From contig JBAXKB010000002.1 in the NCBI GenBank assembly GCA_037137575.1, positions 1,833 through 65,832 on the forward strand: a stretch of DNA of 64,000 nt, written 5' to 3'. Of this stretch, positions 20,999 through 31,716 are shown in pieces. Below the pieces are notes generated by a model. It worked only from the letters and a program-made list of their open reading frames with translations. It was not told the origin of the DNA and did no database searches. This stretch comes from Actinomycetes bacterium (lineage in GTDB: Bacteria; Actinomycetota; Actinomycetes; S36-B12; UBA5976). A program made the translations under genes and the position numbers. The first letter of the stretch is position 1; every line of letters begins with the position of its first letter.

Positions 20999-21720
20999 TA
21001 ATTCACGCTAGACACTTCATCGCGCACAATTCGAATCCAAATCAGCGAAATCAACAAGGCAAAGAAAATCCAATTAAACGTATAAAAGACGTTAAGAGTT
21101 CGTAACCCATCTTGCGTGAATGCTTGCCGCGATGGAATTACCTGCACCAGAGTCCCATTATCTTTCGTCTCCACTATGAAACCATCACGGATATCAGTGT
21201 CTATGTGGGTTAACAAAAATTTAGTGGTAACAAGTGGCGAAGCATTTATCGCTTCTAAATTTGGCGCATCTTCGCCAGACTGGACTACTCCGATAACGCT
21301 TGCTCGGCCAACTGCCGCTGGGAACCTACTCCCTGAACTCTGCCAGCCACGAACCACGGCCACGCTGGTTTCATCTCTTAGCTTGAGGAAATCTACTACC
21401 CAGCTTCCCAATTGCGTTTGCGTCGACGGTTTTGCGTTCGCAAGCAACTTGCGACCATCTACTGGACGATTGGGCAATCGAATACGACCATTTTGTTGCC
21501 ACGTGCCACTGACCTTCGTCAATTGTCCAACAGATGAGGGTGGCAAAAAATCTCTTGGCTTACTCAAGTTTTCAAAAGCTATCGGCTTTGAAACCGCTAT
21601 CGCTTGTCGAGAGTAATGTGCTCGTTCCCACTGCCAATGACTAAGCAACAAGCAAGCGGCTATAAGAAGTAGAGCAAGCGCATGGATCGCTAACAGGTTC
21701 GCCAGAAAATATTTGCGCAC
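20998..21720 (-). CDS. SURF1-family protein (cytochrome oxidase biogenesis-like)
   Basis: 240 aa. It has an N-terminal TM segment followed by LSHWQWERAHYSRQ (the SURF1 W-Q-l-.R motif) and a C-terminal TM segment. Confidence 0.65.
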   Translation of the reverse strand: MRKYFLANLLAIHALALLLIAACLLLSHWQWERAHYSRQAIAVSKPIAFENLSKPRDFLPPSSVGQLTKVSGTWQQNGRIRLPNRPVDGRKLLANAKPSTQTQLGSWVVDFLKLRDETSVAVVRGWQSSGSRFPAAVGRASVIGVVQSGEDAPNLEAINASPLVTTKFLLTHIDTDIRDGFIVETKDNGTLVQVIPSRQAFTQDGLRTLNVFYTFNWIFFALLISLIWIRIVRDEVSSVN

Positions 21721-21914
21721 TACTCATCAGTTTTTTCGAAATTAACGCGCTTGAGATGCCGGTTCAAACTAAAGAGTAGGACTACTAAGCCAACAATCAA
21801 GAAAGTTAAAATCACGCCATACCAAGCACCCGGTTGCACTCTTGAACTATCAAAGTCAGTAGGACTCGGATGAGGCGATGGGGAAATACCTAAAACTGGA
21901 AAAAATCGGTACAC
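21720..21914 (-). CDS. Small single-TM membrane protein (hypothetical)
   Basis: 64-aa ORF with TM segment WYGVILTFLIVGLVVLLF. It overlaps the downstream SURF1 gene by 1 nt. Confidence 0.4.
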   Translation of the reverse strand: MYRFFPVLGISPSPHPSPTDFDSSRVQPGAWYGVILTFLIVGLVVLLFSLNRHLKRVNFEKTDE

Positions 21915-21920
21915 GTTTAA

Positions 21921-22835
21921 CTATCCCCTTAGGCCGAAAAATAGATCTTGTTCAATTGCATCAGTTTCTGGTAAATCTAGTCGACTAATTGCTAGTTCGA
22001 AATCTTCAGTCGGCCAAAATTCGCGTTGGAGTTCTAGCGGCACCCCAAACCACATACCGTCAGGATCAATTTGTGTCTCATGAGCTAAGAGCGCCTGATC
22101 TCGTACTTCAAAATATTCGGCTACCGGGATGCGGGTAGTAACTCTGCCCCACATAACATCAACTTCATCCATCCGTTCAAGCCAATCGACATATGGCGAC
22201 TCGAGACCATTAGCTAAACATGCCTCGTGCAAAGTGCGGATTCGAGTCTGGGTGAATGTGAGATTGTAATAAAGTTTGGCAACTGCCCAGGGAGCTTTGT
22301 CTGAGAGGTAGCTTTCACTCGCTGCATGTTCGAAGGCATAAACAGCCACTTCGTGGGTGCGGATGTGATCTGGATGTGGGTAACCGCCGTTTTCGTCATA
22401 TGTCGTCATGACATGTGGGCGAAACTCCCGAATCAATTCAACAAGCGGAGCTGCTGCCACTTCAATTGACTGTGCTGCGAAACTATCTTCTGGTACTGGT
22501 GGTTTTGGATCACCATCAGGAAAACCCGAATCAATGAAGCCGAGCCACTGATGTTTGATACCGAGTATCTGCGCAGCACTGTGCATTTCATTCTTACGAA
22601 CTTCTGTTAGTTCACGATCACCTAGGTCAAAACTTGCATTGAGAATATCCCCGCGTTCACCACCTGTGCAGGTTGCCACCAGAACTTCAACACCTTGTGC
22701 GACGTACATAGCTGTTGTTGCTGCGCCCTTACTTGACTCGTCGTCAGGGTGCGCGTGTACTGCCAAGAGACGTAGCGGCTCATTGGCTTCTGGGAAGGTG
22801 ATTTCAGGTGCGGACATACCTATATTCTCTAACAC
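21921..22835 (-). CDS. mca: Mycothiol S-conjugate amidase (PIG-L/LmbE family)
   Basis: LRLLAVHAHPDDESSKGAATT, EFRPHVMTTYDENGGYPHPDHIRTHEV and WPTEDFELA closely follow Mca. It is adjacent to DUF4307 and greA as in mycobacteria. An alternative ATG start lies at 22817. Confidence 0.88.
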   Translation of the reverse strand: MLENIGMSAPEITFPEANEPLRLLAVHAHPDDESSKGAATTAMYVAQGVEVLVATCTGGERGDILNASFDLGDRELTEVRKNEMHSAAQILGIKHQWLGFIDSGFPDGDPKPPVPEDSFAAQSIEVAAAPLVELIREFRPHVMTTYDENGGYPHPDHIRTHEVAVYAFEHAASESYLSDKAPWAVAKLYYNLTFTQTRIRTLHEACLANGLESPYVDWLERMDEVDVMWGRVTTRIPVAEYFEVRDQALLAHETQIDPDGMWFGVPLELQREFWPTEDFELAISRLDLPETDAIEQDLFFGLRG

Positions 22836-22854
22836 CGCCTATTGTGGAATTACC

Positions 22855-23334
22855 ATGACCGAGCATGTCCAATTACCCGAACATCTGCACGCCAGATATG
22901 GGCTAACTATTTCCCGATGGCCACAGCGTGTGGCGAGCAGTTTGGTCGTGTTAGCAATCTTGGGGTTAATCGGATTTACCCAATATCGAGCCGCTAATCC
23001 AAGTATTGAAGGCGAACTTGTTGCATTCAAAGTGATTTCTTCAACCCAAATCGACGTGAGTTGGAAAGTTCAGCGCAAGCAAGGCCAGGAAATCTATTGT
23101 GCCATTCGGGCCCAAGATATCCACAAAACAGATGTTGGTTATGCGATTGTTCGCCTGGCCCCTGGCGAGAAGATTAGCCAAGCCCAATACTCAGTTACGA
23201 CAAACGGATCTGCAGTACTTGCTGAGGTGCTTGGTTGCGGTGCAACCAAACAATTACGAGTCCCGCCAGCTAATTTCCCACCAGGCGTGCAAATTCCCGA
23301 GCAAAAGTCGCCAGGGTTCACACCAAAGCCCTAA
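22855..23334 (+). CDS. DUF4307-type membrane protein
   Basis: 159 aa from the ATG at 22855, with one TM segment (VVLAILGLIGF) and then a beta-rich domain. It has the conserved position between mca and greA. The ORF-track start at 22555 is an antisense read-through of mca. Confidence 0.6.
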   Translation: MTEHVQLPEHLHARYGLTISRWPQRVASSLVVLAILGLIGFTQYRAANPSIEGELVAFKVISSTQIDVSWKVQRKQGQEIYCAIRAQDIHKTDVGYAIVRLAPGEKISQAQYSVTTNGSAVLAEVLGCGATKQLRVPPANFPPGVQIPEQKSPGFTPKP

Positions 23335-23353
23335 AAACTTGTACGCTTTTGCA

Positions 23354-23836
23354 ATGACTGAAACTTGGCTAACTCAAGAAGCCTTCGATCGCCTCAAAGG
23401 CGAACTTGAAAATCGAAGCGGATCGCTGCGCGAAGAAATCAAAAATCGCATTGCTGCAGCCCGTGAAGAAGGCGATCTAAAGGAAAATGGCGGTTACCAC
23501 GCAGCTCGCGAAGAGCAAGGAAAAAATGAAGCGCGTATTCGTCAGTTAGCCACAATGCTAGAGAGTGCAATTATTGGTGTTCCCGAAATCGAAGAAGGCA
23601 AAGTTTCACAAGGCATGATTGTGACTGTTAATTTTCCAGACTTGGACGATACCGAAACTTTCTTACTTGGCTCACGCGAAGAAGCGGCCCACACTGCAAT
23701 TGATGTTTACTCCCCAACTAGTCCCCTTGGCGCAGCTGTACTAGGTCAAGAAGTTGGTGCACAAATCAGTTATGAAACACCAAATGGCAAGTCACTAAAA
23801 ATTAGCATTGTCAGCGCTGAGTTGTACCTAGGTTAA
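23354..23836 (+). CDS. greA: Transcription elongation factor GreA
   Basis: MTETWLTQEAFDRLKGELENRSG...EEGDLKENGGYHAAREEQG is the canonical GreA coiled-coil N-terminus. The ATG is at 23354. Confidence 0.95.
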   Translation: MTETWLTQEAFDRLKGELENRSGSLREEIKNRIAAAREEGDLKENGGYHAAREEQGKNEARIRQLATMLESAIIGVPEIEEGKVSQGMIVTVNFPDLDDTETFLLGSREEAAHTAIDVYSPTSPLGAAVLGQEVGAQISYETPNGKSLKISIVSAELYLG

Positions 23837-24699
23837 GCCTTTAATCCACCGACGTTACGGGTCTTGAATGCCCGAACCGCAAGTGGCGCGAAAATTGCTA
23901 AAAATAACAAGGCATACGCAAATGCCATCTGCACAGCATGGACCTCTGGAAAAGAATGTCCGGAATTTTCAAAAACTGGAATTGGATTTCCAAACAACTT
24001 GCGGCATGCAAGTGCTAAACAAGACACTGGATTCCACAAGGCAATCGGCTGCAACCATGAGGGCATAGTGGCAATTGGTGTGAACACATTAGAGGCGAAT
24101 GTGAGTGGAAAAATCCAAGCCAACCCAGCGGTTCCAGCGACTTCTGGGCTTGGCATATGTAGCCCAATCCAGGCGCCGATCCAAGTCATGGCGTAAGCAA
24201 AAGTTGCTAAAAGCAAATAGCCAAGTAGCGCATCAGCAACCGAACTACGAATCCGCCACCCAACAAGTAGGCCGGTAATCGAAAGAATTATTAAAACCAA
24301 AGTGTTCTGAAATAACGAAGCAAGTGTGTGGCCACCTAGCACTGCACCTGGGCGCATCGGCAACGAGCGGAAACGATCCATAATCCCGCGATTAGCATCT
24401 TCAGTTATCCCGACTGTAATGCTTGCTACCGCGAACATGACCGTTTGAGCAAAGATTCCTGGAATTAGATACTCACGATAATCTGCGGCACTGCTCGCAC
24501 CATTTCCGCTAAGAGTGATTGCGCCACCAAAGACAAAAGCGAATAACAGCACAAACATTACCGGCTGGATCAAAGCGAAAAACAGTGATTCAGGGACGCG
24601 AGTGATTTTTAGAATGTGTCGTTTAGCTACGGCGATGGTGTCGCTGACTAGCCACCCGAATGTTGGTCGGTACTTCGTTTCGATCTCGGATGTTGTCAT
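23833..24699 (-). CDS. ABC-2 type transporter permease (DrrB-like exporter)
   Basis: 288 aa with 6 TM helices. It is ATGA-coupled to the upstream ABC ATPase. Confidence 0.8.
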   Translation of the reverse strand: MTTSEIETKYRPTFGWLVSDTIAVAKRHILKITRVPESLFFALIQPVMFVLLFAFVFGGAITLSGNGASSAADYREYLIPGIFAQTVMFAVASITVGITEDANRGIMDRFRSLPMRPGAVLGGHTLASLFQNTLVLIILSITGLLVGWRIRSSVADALLGYLLLATFAYAMTWIGAWIGLHMPSPEVAGTAGLAWIFPLTFASNVFTPIATMPSWLQPIALWNPVSCLALACRKLFGNPIPVFENSGHSFPEVHAVQMAFAYALLFLAIFAPLAVRAFKTRNVGGLKA

Positions 24700-25691
24700 G
24701 CTCGTGCTCCTCGTCGTGACCGCTGCTTTGGTTTGACTTCTGACTTTTCTTCTTCTGCTGACCGGCCAGTCAAACTCAAGAAAACATCATCCAGAGTTGG
24801 CCGACGAAGTGCGATGTCGGCGATTGAAATCTGTACTTCGTCCAATAATCGAACAGCTTCAACTACCGAACGTGAGCCGCCGGAAGTTGGAATTATCACT
24901 TTGTGTTGATCGTCATCGATGTTAATTTCACCTGATGCGATTGAGGCAAGGGCATCCTTGGCTTGCATTAGTTGGTTTGGAAGTTCCACCACAACTTCAA
25001 CACGATCGCCACCGACCTGTGATTTAAGCTCATCCGAAGTGCCCTGCGCGATAACTGAACCATGATCTAGTACAACGCTTCGAGATGCCAACTGATCAGC
25101 TTCTTCCAAATACTGAGTAGTCAGAAGCACAGTGGTTCCCTGTGCAACGAGCGACTCAATAACTTCCCACATCCCGAGTCGGCTGCGTGGATCCAAACCT
25201 GTGGTTGGCTCATCCAAGAAAAGCACAGAAGGACGGCCAATCAAACTTGCAGCTAAGTCAAGCCGACGGCGCATTCCACCCGAGTAACCTTTGATCCCTC
25301 GGTCGGCTGCGTCGGCTAAATCGAAACGCGTTAGTAACTCATCAGCACGCTGCGCTGCTTGTTTTTTCGACAAATGGAAAAGTTGCCCGAATAGTTGCAA
25401 ATTTTCGCGACCAGTTAAGTATTCATCGACCGCTGCATATTGTCCGGTCAAACCAATCATGGTTCGAACAAGATCGGGCGAACTGTTTACATCGATGCCA
25501 CTTACTTTGGCTATACCTGAGTCAGCCTTTAGCAGGGTGGCCAGAATTCGTACGGTGGTGGTTTTGCCTGAACCATTTGGACCAAGAAGTCCGACAACTG
25601 TTCCTTGCTCAACCGTGAAATCGATTCCGCGCAGTGCCTGAACTTCACCGAAGCTCTTCTTTAGCCCAGAAACTTCAATTGCTAACGTCAC
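24696..25691 (-). CDS. ABC transporter ATP-binding protein (DrrA-like)
   Basis: Walker A GPNGSGKTT, signature YSGGMRRRL and Walker B VLFLDEPT. A GTG at 25691 gives VTLAIEVSGLKKSFG, whereas the ORF-track start at 25796 adds an implausible leader. Confidence 0.92.
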   Translation of the reverse strand: MTLAIEVSGLKKSFGEVQALRGIDFTVEQGTVVGLLGPNGSGKTTTVRILATLLKADSGIAKVSGIDVNSSPDLVRTMIGLTGQYAAVDEYLTGRENLQLFGQLFHLSKKQAAQRADELLTRFDLADAADRGIKGYSGGMRRRLDLAASLIGRPSVLFLDEPTTGLDPRSRLGMWEVIESLVAQGTTVLLTTQYLEEADQLASRSVVLDHGSVIAQGTSDELKSQVGGDRVEVVVELPNQLMQAKDALASIASGEINIDDDQHKVIIPTSGGSRSVVEAVRLLDEVQISIADIALRRPTLDDVFLSLTGRSAEEEKSEVKPKQRSRRGARA

Positions 25692-25786
25692 AATTACTCT
25701 TCTCAATTCATGATTTAAAGTTAAACTAGCACGGCTTCGGCCGAGAACCCATGCAGGGCAAGCATTCCCCGTGTAGTTTTGAGACA

Positions 25787-27037
25787 ATGAACACAATCGC
25801 GCGTCGTTATTTTCAGGACTTGCCCCGTGAGGTCGCAGTCGTTACAGCAATAGCATTTTGTGTCGCACTTGGCTACGGAATTGTTGCTCCAGTTTTACCG
25901 CTATTTGCTGAATCTTTTGGGGTTTCAGCCTTAGCTGCCAGCGCCGTAATTAGTTTGTTTGCCTTCATGAGATTTATTAGTGCTACCCCTTCTGGTTGGC
26001 TCGTTAACAAACTTGGGGAACGTTGGGTTCTTGGAGTTGGACTGAGCATGGTTTCAGTTTCGAGTGCGCTAGCAGGAACCGCCCAAACATATTCTCAATT
26101 ACTTTTTCTACGCGCTGCCGGTGGACTAGGGTCAGCAATGTTCAGTGTTGCGGCAATGTCGCTTCTTTTACATTCAGTTGACCCACAACACCGAGGCCGT
26201 GCGGTCAGCATGTACCAAAGCGGATTCCTGTTTGGCGGCTTAGCAGGACCACTTGTTGGCGGACTAGTTGTGGGAATCAGTATCAGGGCCCCGTTTTTTG
26301 TTTATTCAGGAACTTTGATGCTTGCAGTTTGCACCGCCCTATTCACTCTGCCAAAAATGCCGAAAAAGGCAGAAGATGCGCAATCGCAAGAGTCTGAAGT
26401 TGTAGAAACTATGCAACTTCGGGAAGCACTTTCGTTCCGTGCCTACTGGACTGCAATGACTATCAATCTGGTAACTGGCATGACTAGTTTTGGGCTGCGC
26501 ATGACGTTGATCCCACTATTTGTTCTGGAAGTTCTGCACAAGAGCGCACAGACATCGAGCATTAGCTTTCTAATTTCTAGCGTGATGCAGGCACTGTTGC
26601 TACTGCCAGTTGGTCGAATGATTGATGTTCGAGGTCGTAAGCCAGCACTCGTTGTCGGTTGCACACTGCTGACATCTTCACTGTTGGTGTTAACCGCCTC
26701 ACATGGGCTAGGAACTTTCTACTTAAGCATGATGCTTATGGGAGCAGCTGGTTCATTCTTAGGTGCAACACCATCGGCAATGGTCGGCGACATAGTCAAG
26801 ACACGAAAGGGCGCACAAGTTGTCGGACTGTATCAAATGACCGGAGATCTCGGAATTATTGTTGGACCGATGGTTGCTGGATATTTGAAAGATTCAACGG
26901 GCGGGTACTTTGTGCCGTTTATGGTTTCCGTAGCAGTGTCTGCAGTTGCCTTAGTTATGAGCGCGACGGTGAATGAAACAAAACAGAAAAACTCGGAAGA
27001 GCAAAAGCGCGAGAGTTACGAAACAACATCCTCATAA
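25787..27037 (+). CDS. MFS transporter
   Basis: About 416 aa from the ATG at 25787 with 12 predicted TM helices and the loop motif GRMIDVRGRK. Its 3' end overlaps msrA by 22 nt. Confidence 0.85.
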   Translation: MNTIARRYFQDLPREVAVVTAIAFCVALGYGIVAPVLPLFAESFGVSALAASAVISLFAFMRFISATPSGWLVNKLGERWVLGVGLSMVSVSSALAGTAQTYSQLLFLRAAGGLGSAMFSVAAMSLLLHSVDPQHRGRAVSMYQSGFLFGGLAGPLVGGLVVGISIRAPFFVYSGTLMLAVCTALFTLPKMPKKAEDAQSQESEVVETMQLREALSFRAYWTAMTINLVTGMTSFGLRMTLIPLFVLEVLHKSAQTSSISFLISSVMQALLLLPVGRMIDVRGRKPALVVGCTLLTSSLLVLTASHGLGTFYLSMMLMGAAGSFLGATPSAMVGDIVKTRKGAQVVGLYQMTGDLGIIVGPMVAGYLKDSTGGYFVPFMVSVAVSAVALVMSATVNETKQKNSEEQKRESYETTSS

Positions 27038-27600
27038 GCCGGTAGCGGGTAGCCCGTGTTTGCATGGCAATCATAACCATTGGGATTCTTGATGAGGTAT
27101 TGCTGATGATAATCCTCGGCGTACCAAAACACTTTACCTTCGACGTTTGCAATCTCAGTTGTGATCGGATCTAGGCCACTTTGCACAAGCACTTTTTCGT
27201 AAGCACTCTTGGTTAAATTGACCAACTCAGTTTGCTCGTTTGTTGTCCAATAAACAGCGCTGCGATATTGAGTTCCGATATCGCCACCTTGGCGATTGCC
27301 TTGGGTAGGATCGTGATTTTCCCAAAAGACCTTTAACAAGTCATAAAAATTTACTTCACTTGGTTCGTAGACAACTAAAACAATTTCTGCATGCCCAGTT
27401 GAACCCGTACAAACCAATGGGTAGTTCGGATCTTCAGTAAGGCCACCCATGTAGCCCACCGCGGTTGTGACAACTCCAGGAATAGCCCAAAGTTTTTTCT
27501 CCGCACCCCAGAAACAACCCATGCCAAAATAAATGCGTTCAGATGTATCTGACCATGGACCATGGATGTCACTCGACAGAACTAAATGTTGAGTACTCAT
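27016..27600 (-). CDS. msrA: Peptide-methionine (S)-S-oxide reductase
   Basis: 194 aa with the active-site motif GMGCFWGAEK. AGGAGG lies 8 nt upstream of the ATG. Confidence 0.95.
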   Translation of the reverse strand: MSTQHLVLSSDIHGPWSDTSERIYFGMGCFWGAEKKLWAIPGVVTTAVGYMGGLTEDPNYPLVCTGSTGHAEIVLVVYEPSEVNFYDLLKVFWENHDPTQGNRQGGDIGTQYRSAVYWTTNEQTELVNLTKSAYEKVLVQSGLDPITTEIANVEGKVFWYAEDYHQQYLIKNPNGYDCHANTGYPLPAYEDVVS

Positions 27601-27619
27601 TGTGTTACCTCCTGGTGAG

Positions 27620-27694
27620 TACCCCCGGTGGGACTTGAACCCACACTGGCACGATTTTAAGTCGTGTGCCTCTAACCGATTGGGCTACGGGGGC
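27620..27694 (-). tRNA. Atypical tRNA, anticodon UAA (Leu by anticodon) with class-I-length variable loop
   Basis: Reverse complement GCCCCCGTAGCCCAATCGGTTAGAGGCACACGACTTAAAATCGTGCCAGTGTGGGTTCAAGTCCCACCGGGGGTA. Good cloverleaf with anticodon loop CUUAAAA, a 3-bp Leu-type D stem, T loop UUCAAGU and discriminator A. The variable loop is only CCAGU. Confidence 0.75.
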
Positions 27695-27752
27695 GAGCAT
27701 CTAATCCTGACACGAACCGCATCAACTTACCTAACTGGGGTGATTAGTAGGT

Positions 27753-28682
27753 TTAATCGCCCTGGACTAAGTCGAAAGCGATGCCGTCGAGAATGTCGTG
27801 TTCAGAAACAACAACTTCAGCTAAACCGGTTACCTGCATGATGCGATCAAGTACTAGTGCGCCGCCGCCAATTACATCCACACGTCCTTCGTGCATCGGA
27901 CCAAACTGCGCCCGCTGGGCTCGAGTCATACTAAGCAATTCTTGGGCTACCTGGTGCACTTTGGCCGCGCTGATTCGCGCGCCATGAATTTTTTCGCGAT
28001 CGTAACTGTCTAAGTTCAGAGCAAGAGCCGCAACCGTGGTTACAGAACCAGCTAGTCCGATCAGGCTATTCACTTCATCAATTGAGACAACCAATTTCGC
28101 CGAAGAAATAGCAGCGTCGATATCGCGCGTGGCATCAGCAATTTGTTGCGCAGTGGGTGGGTCGTCATGAAAATGTCTTTCGGTCATGCGAACACAGCCA
28201 ACGTCAGTGCTTATTGCTGCAACTGGCGCAAATTGCCCCACAACAAACTCAGTACTACCGCCACCAATATCAATAACCAAGTACGGCGGATTAGGCGCAT
28301 CCGGCAAATCTGCAAAGCCTGCTGTTGCGCCAAGGAAAGAAAGTCTTGCTTCTTCATCGCCACTAATAACAGTGGGTTCAAAACCAAGCCGATCTTTAAC
28401 CCCAGCAAAAAATTCCGCGCGATTTGAAACATCACGCGATGCACTTGTTGCCACAAATCGGACAAGATCAGGATTATGCTCGCTAATCAATTCGGCGTAA
28501 ACATCAACTGCTGCAAAAGTGCGAGAAAGTGCAGCCTGGGAAAACTCACGAGTTTGATCCACACCTTCACCAAGACGAACAATAATCATGGTACGAACCA
28601 CATCAACAAGTTTGTTGTCAACTACGTCTGCAATTAGGAGCCGAATCGAATTCGTACCGCAATCAATAGCTGCTACTCGCAC
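27753..28682 (-). CDS. Ppx/GppA-family exopolyphosphatase
   Basis: 309 aa. MRVAAIDCGTNSIRLLIADV and DIGGGSTEF are ASKHA-fold phosphatase motifs. It has the conserved position next to DUF501. Confidence 0.88.
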   Translation of the reverse strand: MRVAAIDCGTNSIRLLIADVVDNKLVDVVRTMIIVRLGEGVDQTREFSQAALSRTFAAVDVYAELISEHNPDLVRFVATSASRDVSNRAEFFAGVKDRLGFEPTVISGDEEARLSFLGATAGFADLPDAPNPPYLVIDIGGGSTEFVVGQFAPVAAISTDVGCVRMTERHFHDDPPTAQQIADATRDIDAAISSAKLVVSIDEVNSLIGLAGSVTTVAALALNLDSYDREKIHGARISAAKVHQVAQELLSMTRAQRAQFGPMHEGRVDVIGGGALVLDRIMQVTGLAEVVVSEHDILDGIAFDLVQGD

Positions 28683-29170
28683 TTAGCATCTCCAACACAG
28701 GTAGCGCCGCTGGTCGTATCGCCGAGCATCGCAAGCACTCGGTCCCCTAATGGATTTACCCCTGGCCCAGCAGCCAAAGAATGTCCGACCAAAACGTGCA
28801 GACACTTAACCCGATTAGGCATACCGCCGGCGCTAATTCCGTCGATTTCCGGAACGTCGCCAAGTGCTGTCCGAGTAGCTAAATAATGCTCATGCGCTTT
28901 TTGATATTGCGCTGCAACTTCTGGGTCGGCATCTAGTTCATCTTGCAACTCACGCATAACGCCATTGGCTTCTAATGTGCCAATCGCACCAGTTAGTTTT
29001 GGGCAAGTCAGGTAAAACGTTGTTGGGAAAGGAGTTCCATCTTCGAGCCGTGGCGCAGTAAGAACCACATCTGGTTGCCCACAAGAGCAGCGATGTGCAA
29101 CATCTAAGGCGCCGCGGATAGGCCGACCAAGTTGCGCTTCAATGGCAGCGCGATCCACAGGAGAAATCAC
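28673..29170 (-). CDS. DUF501-domain protein
   Basis: 165 aa with FPTTFYLTCPKL and VKCLHV motifs. It has the conserved eno-ftsB-DUF501-ppx arrangement of actinobacteria. Confidence 0.75.
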   Translation of the reverse strand: MISPVDRAAIEAQLGRPIRGALDVAHRCSCGQPDVVLTAPRLEDGTPFPTTFYLTCPKLTGAIGTLEANGVMRELQDELDADPEVAAQYQKAHEHYLATRTALGDVPEIDGISAGGMPNRVKCLHVLVGHSLAAGPGVNPLGDRVLAMLGDTTSGATCVGDAKCE

Positions 29171-29175
29171 AGAAA

Positions 29176-29607
29176 CTACTTTGACTCAGCTTTATCGTGA
29201 ATGACCAGTGGATCATTTTGCGAATGTGGTTTATCAGCTAACTCAGTACTGTGCCAAAGCTTGCTGTACCAGGGAGATGAATCATTTGGCACTAGCGCGC
29301 CAGGAACTGTTTCAATCGCTATTGAGGTGCCTTGATCAATTACAACTAATCCAATTTCGCCAGGAAAAACATAATTGAGGCGAGAACGGGCTAACGATTG
29401 CAGGTACGCACGGTTTTGCAATTGTTTGGCATCAGCTTTTAGCTGAGAAATCGACTTCTGCTTATCAACGACCTGCGATTTCAAGGTGGAAATGTCTCTG
29501 CGCTCTTTCACCAATGACCGCATTGGCACAGCAATGGTCATAATGATAAACACAGATGCAGTGAGCACTACGAGTGCCCGCCTAGTAGGTTTTAGCGAGG
29601 AAGCCAC
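29176..29607 (-). CDS. Septum formation initiator family protein (FtsB/DivIC-like)
   Basis: 143 aa with an N-terminal TM segment and then a coiled coil (ISTLKSQVVDKQKSISQLKADAKQLQN). It lies directly downstream of eno. Confidence 0.75.
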   Translation of the reverse strand: MASSLKPTRRALVVLTASVFIIMTIAVPMRSLVKERRDISTLKSQVVDKQKSISQLKADAKQLQNRAYLQSLARSRLNYVFPGEIGLVVIDQGTSIAIETVPGALVPNDSSPWYSKLWHSTELADKPHSQNDPLVIHDKAESK

Positions 29608-29625
29608 AACGCTAGTTTGCCTTGA

Positions 29626-30942
<1,317 letters not shown>

Positions 30943-31050
30943 CTAACGACTCTAAGCGTGCCTCATTGCACTGTGTCTAGCCTAGCGTATGCATGGTGAC
31001 TCACTTGGGAGCCGACACTTCGGCAAACGAAACCGCCTAACCGCAGCGAT

Positions 31051-31713
31051 TTAGACCTGATTTTCCAATTCGTGGGCAACGACCACTGATCGATACTCTC
31101 CCATAGCGGCCCGTAAGCAAGATTCAGCGTCTAGATCCTGTGTCCGAGCTAACTGAACTGCAGAAACGAGGAGTTCAGCTATTTTTTCTTGCGTTATCTC
31201 ACCAATTAGCTCGCCGAGCGCATCGGTAAGTGCTTTATTTTCATAAGCAACACCGAGTTTGCGTGAGCGATACAGCAGCTGAGTTGCCAATTGCAGTGCT
31301 GGTAGCGCTTTAGGAACTCCATCAGTTACAGATTCGCGATGTTTTTCTTCACGCTTAATTTGCGCCCAGTTATCTTCTAGCTGTTCCTGAGTTTGGACAT
31401 CCATCTCGGTGAAAACATGCGGATGACGGCGCTCAAGTTTGGCAACAACGTTCGCAGCAATCTCATCTAATGTGAAACTTGGATCTGACTCTTCTGCGAT
31501 GCGTGCATGGAAAACAACTTGCAGCAATAAATCTCCAAGTTCTTCGCGCAAGGCAGAAGTGTCTGCTTGGTCCATTGCTTCGAGAACTTCATAAGTTTCT
31601 TCCAGTAGATAGCGAGCTAGTGATTCGTGAGTCTGCTGCGCATCCCACAGACAACCGCCCGGGGACCTGAGTTGATCCATGACCGACACAAGTCGATCTA
31701 CCGACTCAGACAT
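31051..31713 (-). CDS. mazG: MazG-family nucleoside triphosphate pyrophosphohydrolase
   Basis: 220 aa with EETYEVLEA and EELGDLLLQVVFHARIAEE, the MazG EEXX(E/D) repeats. Confidence 0.85.
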   Translation of the reverse strand: MSESVDRLVSVMDQLRSPGGCLWDAQQTHESLARYLLEETYEVLEAMDQADTSALREELGDLLLQVVFHARIAEESDPSFTLDEIAANVVAKLERRHPHVFTEMDVQTQEQLEDNWAQIKREEKHRESVTDGVPKALPALQLATQLLYRSRKLGVAYENKALTDALGELIGEITQEKIAELLVSAVQLARTQDLDAESCLRAAMGEYRSVVVAHELENQV

Positions 31714-31716
31714 AAA

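Noticed and set aside
22555-25796. Long N-terminal extensions in the ORF track (22555-23334, 23099-23836, 24696-25796; also 49486-51279 and 48789-49844)
   Set aside because: The extensions are in-frame read-through into neighbouring or antisense genes. Internal starts with recognisable N-termini (MTEHVQ..., MTETWLTQEAF..., VTLAIEVSGLKK..., MATKRRPV..., VSGTLFLAATPIGN...) fit the protein families.
23833-27694. Genomic island integrated at the UAA tRNA (ABC exporter, MFS, msrA)
   Set aside because: I found no integrase, no direct repeat of the tRNA 3' end and no mobility genes, and the cargo is housekeeping-like. It is only a synteny break, not demonstrable mobile DNA.
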